Source of the DNA: Sphyrna mokarran
Lineage: Eukaryota
Direction: 5' to 3'
Length of the DNA: 64,000 bases
Assembly: GCA_024679065.1 (NCBI GenBank)
Contig: JAGIQG010000019.1
Span: 27,404,001-27,468,000 of the forward strand
Position numbers and translations under genes: made by a program. Below, one piece after another: positions 13,701-25,700 of the stretch (within the stretch, counting starts at the first letter, position 1; each line of letters opens with the position of its first letter). Under the pieces are notes generated by a model. The model was not told the DNA's origin, searched no databases, and was given only the letters and a program-made list of their open reading frames with translations.

Positions 13701-16700
13701 ATGTGGCATGTTTGTCTTTATTGGATGGGACAGCAAAATAAAAGTTGGCAAATTGTGCTATAGTTATATGTTAATTCGGCTACATTTGTAATACTGCTTC
13801 CAATTCTGGTCACCACACGACCAGAAAGATGTGGAGGCTCTGGAGAGAGTGCAGAAAATGTTTACTAGGATATTGTCTGTATGGAGGATATTATCTATGA
13901 AAAGTGATCGAATAAACTGGGATTATTCTCCCTGGAAAGAGGGATGACCTGATAGAAGTTTATAAAATTATGAGAGATATAGATAGGGTGAACAGTTGGA
14001 AGCTTTTTCGCAGGGCAGAAGTGACAATTAGAAGAGGGCACATGTTCAAGATAAGGGGGGAAAGGTTCAGTAGAGATGTGTAGGGGAATCTCTTTTACAC
14101 AGAGTGGTGGGGGCCTGAAATGCACTGCCAGGTGAGTTGGTTGAGGCAGCTACATTTATGACTTTCTTTGATAGACATTTGAACAGATGGGGAATAGAGG
14201 GATCTAAGCAGCTAGTTCAGATAGATAAATGTGATTGGTGCATGCTTGGAGGGACAAAGGGGCTGTATCTGTGCTGTATTGTCCAGATGAAAGCAAAAAC
14301 TTCCATTCGTGGCCTTTTGATCTCACAAAGGCCTTTGAATGCGAGCGACTGTGGAGCATCCTCCTTAAATTTGGCTGTCTGCAGAAACTCCTCACCATCC
14401 TTGCTGCACAATGGTATGCAAGCTACAATTAACATAGAACATAGAACATTACAGCGCAGAACAGGCCCTTCGGCCCTCGATGTTGCGCCGACCAATTAGG
14501 AACAAGCAGTGACCCTCTAACCTAAACCATTCCCCTTTCATCCATAAACTTATCTACGATCCTCTTAAATGCCATCAAACTTGGCGCATCTACAACTGAC
14601 GCAGGCAAGGCATTCCATACTCTTACCACCCTCTGGGTAAAGAACCTACCTCTGACATCTGTCCTAAAACCACCACCCCTTAATTTAAAACTATGTCCCC
14701 TCATAGAACATAGAACAATACAGCACAGAACAGGCCCTTCGGCCTTCGATGTTGTGCCGACCAAAATAAAAAGCAATGCCCCTCCTAACTAAACCATTCC
14801 CTTCTCATCCATATACTTATCAACTAACCTCGTAAACGCCACCAAACTTGGCGCATCCACAACAGCTGCAGGCAGGGCATTCCACTCCCTAATCACTCTT
14901 TGAGTAAAGAACCTACCTCTGATATCCGTCCTATAACTCATACCCCTTAATTTTAAGCTGTGTCCCCTCGTGCTAGCTTTCTCCATCCTAGGAAAAAGGC
15001 TATCACTGTCCACCCTATCTAAACCTCTAATCATCTTATATGTTTCGATCAGGTCCCCTCTTAGCCTCCTCCTTTCTAACGAAAAAAACCTCAAATCCCT
15101 CAGCCTCTCCTCATAAGACCTGCCCTCCATACCAGGCAACATCCTGGTAAACCTCCTCTGTACCCTCTCCAATGCCTCCACATCTTTCTTATAATGTGGC
15201 GACCCGAACTGCACACAATACTCCAAGTGCGGCCGCACTAGAGTTTTGTACAGTTGCAACATGATGCTGCGCTCCTAAATTCAATCCCCCTACCAATAAA
15301 AGCTAAGACTCCATATGCCTTCTTAACAACTTTATCCACTTGACTGCATACTTTCAGGGATCTATTGACACATACACCAAGATCCTTCTGTTCCTCAACA
15401 CTATTAAGAGCCCTACCATTAGCCCTATACTCTACACATTTATTGTTCCTGCCAAAGTGCATTACCTCACACTTTTCCACATTAAACTCCATTTGCCACC
15501 TCTCGGCCCAGCTCTGCAACTTGTTCAAGTCACTCTGTAAACTAAAACACCCCTCTTCACTATCTACCACTCCACCAACTTTATTATCATCTGCAAATTT
15601 ACTGATCCATCCCTCAATACCCTCATCCAGATCATTTATAAAAATTACAAACAGCAGGGGCCCCAAAACAGACCCTGAGGCACACCACTCGTCACCGAAC
15701 TCCACGATGAATATCTCCCATCAACCACCACCCTCTGTCTTCTATCTGCCAGCCAATTTCTAATCCAATTAGCTAAATCACCCTCTATTCCACACATCTG
15801 CATTTTCTGTAGAAGTCTTCCATGGGCCACCTTATCAAAAGCATTACTAAAGTCCATATATACTACATCAACCGCCTTACCCCCATCCACCTCTCTGGTC
15901 ACTTTCTCAAAAAACTCAATGAGGTTAGTAAGGCATGACCTACCCTTCACGAAACCATGCTGACTATCCCCAATCAATTCATTTCTCTATAAATAACTAT
16001 AAATCCTATCCCTAATAATTCTCTCCAATACCTTGCCCACAACAGAAGTAAGACTCACTGGCCTATAATTCCCTGGAAGGTCTCTCTTCCCCTTCTTAAA
16101 CAATGGGACCACATTCGCTATCCTCCAGTCCTCCGAACCACACCCGTAACCAACGAGGACCTGAAGATCAGAGCCAGAGGCTCTGCAATCTCCTCTCTTG
16201 CCTCCCAGAGAATCCTAGGGTAAATCCCGTCCGGCCCAGGGGACTTATCCAACTTCAAACCCTCGAGAATTTCTAACACACCCTCCCTATCTACTACAAT
16301 ACCCCCCAATTTGCAACCCTGTACCTCAGTGCTCTCCACAGCTACATTTCCAGCACTCTGCGTGAATACCGAAGAGAAATATTTATTCAGTGCCTAGCCA
16401 ATCTCTTCAGGCTCCACGCACAACTTCCCACTGCTATCTATGACTGGCCCTAATCTCGCCCTAACCAATCTTCTATTCTTAACATATTCTATTCTTACCA
16501 ACGAGTCTGTCTCAGGCCCAACCTGAGTATAACCAAGATTGTATCATCCCACTAACTCCCTTTTCCATCTTCCTCACTATACATTCCTCACCATCTTCAT
16601 GAAGCTCCGCACAGGAGTATTGCTATACGCACTGAGCTCTTCCTGCTAGCACACAGAAAACAGCAAAGACTCATCCTTCCATTCTATAGCAGAGCCTTCA

Positions 16701-19700
16701 CAGATATAGCCAAATATGTCCATAAGAGACACATAGCCTTGCACATTAACAGACTGACAGTCAAAGTACTCATTAATTCATTTTTCATCCTACTCACCTG
16801 CAACAAACTGAGGGTCACAAACAGGAGTTTCACTGACAGGATTTAAAGACACATTTAGATTACAGCTGGTGACATGAGATGCCAGGTCAGTGACAACGAT
16901 ATTTAGTTGGTAGTCTGTGATTGCAGAGGCATTCTCATAGTCCAAAATGGAATTAGTAATAATCCACGCGCCATTTCCAACTGTAAGTGAGAGATAAGTT
17001 GGTTAATATCAATCATTTATTTTACTGAAACAGTTTATCTATAATAGAACAAAGAACAAAGAACAAAACAGCATGGAAAACAGGCCCAACGAGCCCACGC
17101 CACCACCCCGATGTTCCCACCTCTACCCGCGATCCCTATCCATGTTCATAGATCTATGGATTAAAAACCAAATTTGAGACAATTTAGGGAGAATTTGTTT
17201 TGCCAATTAGCCTAAGAGCACATCTTTGGGATGTGGGAGGAAACCAGAGCTCCCGGAGAAAACCCACGCAAGCACGGGGAGAATGCGCAAACTCCCACAG
17301 GCACAGGCCCAAATCCATGTATCTGCACAGCACAGCGATAGTCACTGAGCTGTCGTGTTGCCCATCAGATGGTCCAGGTCAAGCATGCACTAACAACGTG
17401 AAGCAGTAGGATACTCTCGAAAAAGATCCAAGAGCAGTCCTCTCATGACCCATTGCGTGTATGCCCCTCGTTAGACAACAAGGTGGACCAAAGCACCTGT
17501 AGGATAAAAACAAGTACATCAATATCATCTATTTACACACTTCCCAGGGACTCCAAAGGCTCATGATCCCTAGTTTAAATCAGTTTTCTATACCCCTCCA
17601 TTCCCATTCTGTTCATGTGCCCATCTAAGTATTTCTTAAATAACTCCAGACTACCTGCCTCCACCACTTTACTTGGCAGTGCATTCCATACCCGCATCAC
17701 CCTCTGTGTGAAAAAACCCCCTCTAGCATCCAAATTACACCTTACCCCCCTCACCCTAAGCCCATGACCCCTCGTGCTATTTGAGTCCATCCTAGGAAAA
17801 AGCTTAACCCTGTTTACTCTATCTATCCCCTTCAAAATCTTGTATACCTCTATTAGATCTCCTCTAAGTCTACGTCTTTTTAAGGAAAACATTCCCAATT
17901 TGCCTAATCTCTCCTTGTAACTCAGACCGTCCATACCAGGCAGCATCCTTGTAAACCTCCTCTGCACTCTCTCCAGAGTCTCCATGTTCTTCCAGTAGTA
18001 AGGCGACCAGAACTGGATGCAGTATTCCAAATGAGGTCTAACCAGCGTTTTATACAACTGCAACATTAAAGGCCAACATTAATTGGCCATGATAAAATGC
18101 CCTTTGATGTCCCAAGATATACAGGTTAGGGCAATTAGTTGGATATGGATATACAGAGTTACATGGATAGGGCCAGTGTGCAAGACACTCTGTTGGTATC
18201 TTGCACACAGCTGGTGCCGAATTGATGAGTCCCAATGGCCTCCTTCTGCACTGTAGTGATTCTATGACATAAGTCTTGCTTTAATATCTTTGTACAAGGT
18301 AAACCGTGAAGACAAGGGCATCTCATTAAAAATTTAAATGAAGTCCAAGCCTCATTTTATGCATCTAAAGTTTGGGTGTCCCAATATTGACTGGAAAACC
18401 AGTCTGTGAGTTTGTGAATTCTTAGCATTCACCACATTCCATACGTGGATCTCCCACTAGATAATGGATATATCAGTATCAATAGACTATGGTGAAAAGA
18501 GGGAGTGAAAACAGGGAACAGAAACTGAGATGATAGCTTGTTCTGAATTCTCTCTTTGAAATGACTGAATGAAGAGATGTTAATTCCCTTACCTTGCTGA
18601 ATTTGGAAATCAGTTTCAGGAATTCCAAAGGAGAAAGTCAAGTTATCAGTGGTGTCATTATCAGAGGCTGAGAGAAAAGCTACAATTGTTCCAGCAGGTA
18701 ATTCTTCATCCACTGACACTGGACTCGAAGGACATTGACTAGAAAATGGATGCTCATTATTAACGTGCAACCTGGAATCTTTTGACATTGATCTTACTTA
18801 CCAATTGGATTAAGCTAAGTTATGATTACTAAAATAATTTACTCATAAAAAAGGCATAAATAGGAAGTGTAATTTCAATCTACCCTAATTATTAAGAAGG
18901 AAAATGTTTGACAATTTCTGGTGAGAATATTTATTTAAATTCAGAATTTATGATTCTCTCAAAGTATAAGTATTATAAAAAGCTAGTGCTTTTTCTCAAA
19001 TGTAATGTTATTTGAGAAAAATGTGGCCACATAAACCAGTTTAATAACAGACCTTATGACTGGAACTTCATCATTGACATCAGCAATGTGGATAGTTACA
19101 ATGCCAGTGCAGGTATTGCCTGCTGGGTCAGAAACAGAAACCATGGCATGATACTGCTGTAGCTGCAGAGAGACAAGATATAATCACATTTTCATTACTG
19201 GAAACCAACTAGAATTAATATATCTGCTACAATTCAGTCAATAACCATTTTGTATCAATAAACTTTTGCTGATGTGAGATGTTCTGGGCTTCATCACAAC
19301 AGCGGGCTGTATAACGACTTAAGTAATTGGTCAAAATTTAGTGGGTTGTTTTATATTATTTTCTCAAAGGATGTGGGCATCACCGACTTGACTAGAATTT
19401 ATTGTCAATCTCAAATTGCCCTTGAGATGGTAGTGATCAACCACCTTCTGAACTGCTGCAGTCCATGTGGTGTAGAAAGAAAGTGACATAATTTTGAACC
19501 CGTGGCACTGCTAGTTCCAAATCAGGATGGTGTGTGACTCCGAGAGCAACTTGGAGGTGATATAGATCTGTTGTCCGTGTCTTTCTAGATTACAGAAGTT
19601 GCAGGTTTGGAAAGTGCTGTGAAGCAAACCTCAATGAGTGGCTGTGATTAATCTTGATTTTCATGCACATTATCCAGGTTTAATTCTGAGAGAAATAAAT

Positions 19701-22700
19701 AAGATGAACAATTGGAAGTCTTTTCAATTACAAAGCCGCACAAGTTCAAGATAAGGAGGGAAGTGAATAGAGGCAGGTTATCTGAGCTTTGTTGTATCTT
19801 TGCCTCATGTGTGAAAGCCAGGGAAAAAAAGTCAAAAACATGGGAGACCTGTCATAGTTTTTCACTTGCTACATAACCAGAAGGCTGGAATTTCATAATG
19901 GCCCCAATTTGTTTGTTGTAACAAAGGCAGAGGTGTTTGTGTTCACATTCATTACAACTGAAAGCAATTTTTTGTGTTTGTACATGAAGAGTTAAAAATG
20001 GAAATAGGAGATTTTTGATGATGTTTTTGTGCTCCACAGCAAGTATTGGTGTCCCTATAAATGGAAACCTTTAGAGATTATTTGAATTAATGTGGATTTT
20101 CACTTTTATGCCATTAATCTCACCGTAAAAAAAACTTTGATAAAAGCTATGTCTTATTGAGTGAGGTGTAACTGGATTTTTAACAGCATGGTTACTGTTA
20201 ATCACACAATAGGACTGAGAAGGTAATATTTGTGAAATATCAAATTTTTTCATTTAGAAAAATAATCCAAAAATACTTAAAATAATACAAAGCTACTGTT
20301 AAAACATATCTTATGATATTTCAGCTTCTACCTCAATGTCCTGTGTACGTGAGAATATTTATTTCACTCCCAGTAAAATGTGACTGAACGTATGATCTCC
20401 AAATTTGCAGATGACACAAAGGTGGGAGGCTGAGTAATGAAGTGAATGCAGAGATGCTTCTGTGCGATTTGGACAGGCTAAGTCTGTGGGTATACACACG
20501 GCAGGTACAGTAAAATGTGGATAAATGTGAGGTTAGCCACTTTGGTAGCAATAATAGGAAGACAGATTATTACTTGAATGATTGCGAATAGTGAGAATTG
20601 GATACTCAACGAGAACATGCTGTCCTTGTGCATCAGTTATTAAAAGTAATTAGGCAGGTACAGCAGGCAATGAAGGTGGCAAATGGTATGTTGGCCTTCA
20701 CTGCGAGACAATTTGAGTGTAGGGATAGGAATCTTTTGCTGTAATTGTCTAGAGCATTGGTGAGGCCACACCTAGAGTATTGTATGCAGTTTTGTTATTC
20801 TTGTCTGAACAGGGATGCCCTTGCTATAAAAGGAACGCAGTGAGTCTACCAGGCTGTTTCCTGGAAGATAAGTCTGTCATATGAGGAGAGAATAAGTCAC
20901 TTAGGATTATATTCACTGGAGTTTAGAAGAGTGAGAGGATTTCAGAGAACTTATAAAATTCTAAAATGTTCAGAACGAATATTCCTAATGGTGGGGAGAT
21001 CCAGAACCATGGCTCATCGTTTGAGGATAAAGAGAAAACGTTTTAGAACTGAGGGGAGGAGAAATTTCTTTACCCAGAGGGTGGTGAATGTGTGGAATTC
21101 ACGACCACAGAAAGTAATTGAGTCCAAAACATTGCCTGATTTCAAGAAGAAATTAGATATAGCTCTTGGGGCAATAGGGATCAAGGGAAATGGGGGGAAG
21201 CGGGGAATCAGGATATTGTATTAGATGATCAGCCATGATCAAAATGAATGGTGGAGCAGACTCGAACGTCTACATGGCTTACTCCTGCTTCTAGTTTCTA
21301 TGTTTCAATGTGATGTATTGGGTGAGATTTCCTGACCCCTCCATGTCATGTTTTTTGATTGTGGGAGGTGGCCTGCCATTGGCCAGTATAGGGATCTTGG
21401 AGCTGAAAAATGAGGCAGTTGCCGACAAGGAAATCCATTTACCAAAACATCACAACTGTTCACTGAGGATATCAGAAGATCTGAAGGTCACAAGTACATA
21501 AAGATTGACCTGTGTGTTACAGTGCAATAAACAACACTTGTGGGACAAAGTTGGAGACCACAAAGATCAGGCTGTGGGAGGGAATCTTTTACTCTCTCTG
21601 TGGTGAGCTTGGAGATGGGAAGGGTATTTAATTAGTCTGGATGGTGGATTATCAGAAGGCTACCACCTTCCTATCTCGGCCAGAATTTAACTGGGCAAGA
21701 AGGCCCATGGTTGATCTTCCCACCCTGGTGCTAATCATAGAATCTCTAGAGTGCAGAAGAGGCCATTTGGCCCCTTATGTCTGCACTGACTCTCTGACAG
21801 AGTATCTTACTCAGGCCCTCAACGCTGCCCTATCTCCTTTCAAGACCTTTAAATAGTATTATCGCAGCTGCAGATGGATCTGCAATTAAAACAATGTAAC
21901 CAGTTTACCATCTCCAGGCTTATCCCTTGATGAAAGGCATTCAGTATCTGATTGAGGGACTGAACATCAGGAAACAGGGAGCTGCCAAACTTTCTGCACC
22001 CCTTCCTCCACAACACTTGGAGTCCTCAGCTTTGACTCTGGATCCCATGAAGTCTCATGGTATCAGGTAAAACATGCAGAAAGAAACCTCCTGCTGATTA
22101 CCGTCTACCATTCCCTCTCAGTTGATGAATCAGTACTCCTCCAGTTGGAGGGAGCACTGAGGGTGACAAGAGCAAGGAATGTAATCTGGCTGGGAGACTT
22201 CAACATTTTTCACAAAGAATGACTCAGTAAGACCACTGCTGACCAAGCCCTAAAAGGACATAGCAGCTAGTCAGGTTTTGCAGTTGGTACTGAAGGAATT
22301 GACAGAAGAGAAAAATCCACCTGACCTTGCCCTGACTGATCTACCTGTTGCAGATGCATCTGTCAATGACAGTGTTAGTGGGAGTAATCATTGCACAGTC
22401 CTTGTGGAGATAGAGTCCTGCCTTCACATTGAAGATACCCTCCATTTTGTTGTGTACTAAATGGGGAAGATTTCAAATACATCTAACAACTCAAAACTGG
22501 ACATTTATAAGAATTGTTGTGGGTCTGGAGTCATGCGTGTAGGTCAGAGCACTATGGACTATTGACAGCACAGAATTGTGTTTGACCACAATCTGTACCT
22601 CATGGCCTGTCATTACTCCACTTGACCACTAGCCAAACTACATTGGCATCTACTCGGCAATGTGGAAAGTATCCAGATATGTCTAGTGCACAAAAAGCAG

Positions 22701-25700
22701 GACAAATCCAACTCAACCAAACACCAATCCATCAGATTACTAATAACATGGTGGAAGAGGTCATCAACAGTTCTATCAATTTACTCAGCAATAATTTGTT
22801 TACTGACGCTCAGTTTAGCTTTGTTAGGGTCACCCCTAAATGCTGACCTCATTTTAAAATGGATGAAAGAGCTGAACTGCAGAGTGAGGCGACAATGATT
22901 GCCCTCGACATCAAACCAGCATCTGACCAAGTGTGGCAGCGAAGAACTGTAGAAAAATTGAAGTTAACTGGAATCAGAAGGAAACTCTCCCCTGGATGGA
23001 GTGATAGATGCACAAAGAAAGATGGTTGTGGTTCTTTCAGGTCAGCAATCACAACTTCCGAACATCATTGCAGGAATTCCTCAGCTCAACCATTTTCAAC
23101 CTCTTCATCAATGGTTTTCCCTACATCGAAGGCCAGAAATGAGGTTGTTCACTGAAAATTACACAATGTTCAGAACCGTTCACAATGACTCAGATACTGA
23201 GGAATTCGTACCCATATGCGCCATAAATGGGACATTACACTCGGATTGATAAAAGGCACACACAAAATTAGAGTTTTGTGATGCCATTACATAATATGCT
23301 GAGTAAATGAATAGGATGTCATACCTGATCAGTAGCTTCATAATCCACTGAGCTTACTGTAGAAATTGCACCCACCGTATCAATATCAAACAGTGTAAGA
23401 ATACCCGATGTGGAGAGTGAGAGAATTGTATACTGTAAAATATTGTTTTAAAAAACACACACATTATTGTGAAAATGCAATGGTTATTGTGTCAAATAAT
23501 CAGAATGTTACACATTTGGTGTAGGAATATAACATTTCATTCCTTAATAAATATCAAATCGAGGCAAATTGCATGTACCAGTTAACTGTCAGATTGATAG
23601 CATTGCAAAAGCAAATGAAGTTAAAACACATCTGACCCTGAGGGGACTTGACAGAGTGAATGCTGACAGTCTGCTTCCCATTGTGGGGGAGACTAGCACT
23701 AGGGAAACAGTTTAAAAATAAGGGATATCCCATTCGTAGATCAAGAAAGTGTTTAAAGTTCATCTACATTTTATTTGAGTTGTAGGGGTTACAATGTGAC
23801 CTGCCCATTCCAGTTTCATTGGACATTGGCAAGAAGGAAACTTGGTGTTCCCAGTTCATGACCATGAATATACTGTACAACCAAATGGGTTGTTCCCGGA
23901 TTCCACATCAACCTATCAACCGAATCTGGCCTCACTGGTGGTCCAAAGAGTATTGTGCACTGAGTTAGCGCTGCAGCCAGCGTTCTATTGTGAAAGGTAA
24001 TCAGTACCTCTCAAGGGGATGCCACAGTGAATAAAGGTGCTGGAATTTAAAGCATGTTGAATGGAACAGCAGGGAAGATAGATTATTGTTCAGCAACTGA
24101 ATGCATGAAACAAACAGATGGGGTATATGTTCTAACATCACATTGGATTTCCATTACCTATTATTCAATCATAGCAAACAAAGAAACTCACATTTAACAA
24201 CTCATTTTCAGGGTCTGTTGCTGAGACTCTATAAACAAATTCTCCAATATTATCAGTCTCAGAGATAGTCACGTTAGGTCCTGAATGAAACAGTAGCAAG
24301 AATTAGCAGGTACTAAACTGTCCAGCGTTATACAAACTTTAAAAAGGATGGATTTCCCATTTAAAATGGAGATGAAGAGGAAGAGGCTCCAGCAGCTGAA
24401 TAGCCTATTCCTAACCTGGTTACACCTTCACATATTCACTGCTGTCAGGAACATCTGTACCAAAAACCTGCAGCAGGACAGAGTTGGGGACAGCCATTGG
24501 CAATCAGAGAAAATCTAAGGCTGGTTTGGTATCATATAGCTAATACTGTGGAAGTGAAGAAGGTGGGATAGGTGATAGAAGGATGGTGCACTTGTGGATG
24601 GGAATGGAGAGATTGCATCAGAAGATCTTTGAGAGGCCGAGAAGAAGGACTCTTGCTCCTCCTGGTCTGCAGTCATTGCTGGAGAAGTTCTTACCTGCTC
24701 AATCTGACTGTCCCCCATCCCTGGCCCTTTAGCTGCTATGTTCCTGAGTTCTGATGATCTAAATGATCAGCCATCAATGTTTAATTTATTATTGCACATT
24801 CCATAAAACTATACCTGGTTGATCAATTGGCACGAGAGTCCTGTGATTATATCCTTCGTTCAAGTTCCTTTAGAGTGAAAATTATTGCTGAAACATTAAA
24901 CCTATATTTTTGTGCCCTAATATGCTGTCATCATTTTCTAAATGCTGGCAGGACTTCACAGAAACCCTACAATGCAGAAGGACGCCATTTGGTACATTAC
25001 AGACTGCACCAAAAACAATTCCACAACAGGCCCTATCCCCATAGGACAACACATTTACCCTACTTTTCCCTCTAATACATCCCAGGACTCTAAAGCGGAA
25101 TTTAGCATGGCCAATCCACCTAATACACACATCTTTGGACAGTGGGAAGAAACCAGAACACCCAGAGGAAACCCATGCAGACACAGGGAGAATGTACAAA
25201 CTCCACACAGACAATGACCCAAGCCAAAAATCGAACCTAGGACTCTGGAGTTGCAAGGCATCAGTGCTAACCACTGTGCTACCATGCCTTCCTCTGTGCT
25301 GTCTCTTAGACATGATTGGATTTTGTTTATGTTTTCACAGGAATTCAACATTGCTTGCCAGAAAAGCATCTATTGCCTAATCCCTAATTGCCCCTGGGAA
25401 GGGCTCTGAGTCTTATTGCAGTATGGAGATTACAAGAACAAAGCATTATTCATTCCAACGAGACAGATTTTCCACTTTCTGCCAATGTTATATTCAGGAA
25501 TAATGCCGTCACATTCCCACCCTACAAATGGAAAGATCTGCATGCTTTCTGGGTTGATAATTGGTGCATGAGAAATGAAATCATGGCTGCGATTTTCCAG
25601 TCCTGCCCACCACCAGAATCTTCCAATCTTGTCAGAAGTCCAATTACTTCTCGTTGACGGGACCAGAAAATTTTAGCTTGTGAGCAGGAAGTATTTGATT

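Larger units (their letters stand above)
14295..16550 (+). mobile_element. RTE-type LINE fragment (14295-14430 and ~16490-16550) split by CR1 insertions
   Basis: FDLTKAF..LWSILLKFGC.QK..TIL...MQATI | LTN continues after the inserted CR1. Confidence 0.6.

Noticed and set aside
14789-16339. Longest RT-like ORFs as a host gene or active element
   Set aside because: Frameshifted, 5'-truncated CR1 ORF2 lacking the endonuclease domain; an ordinary retroposed copy
24955-25290. tRNA genes suggested by A/B boxes
   Set aside because: These are tRNA-derived SINE heads fused to V-domains, not cloverleaf tRNAs
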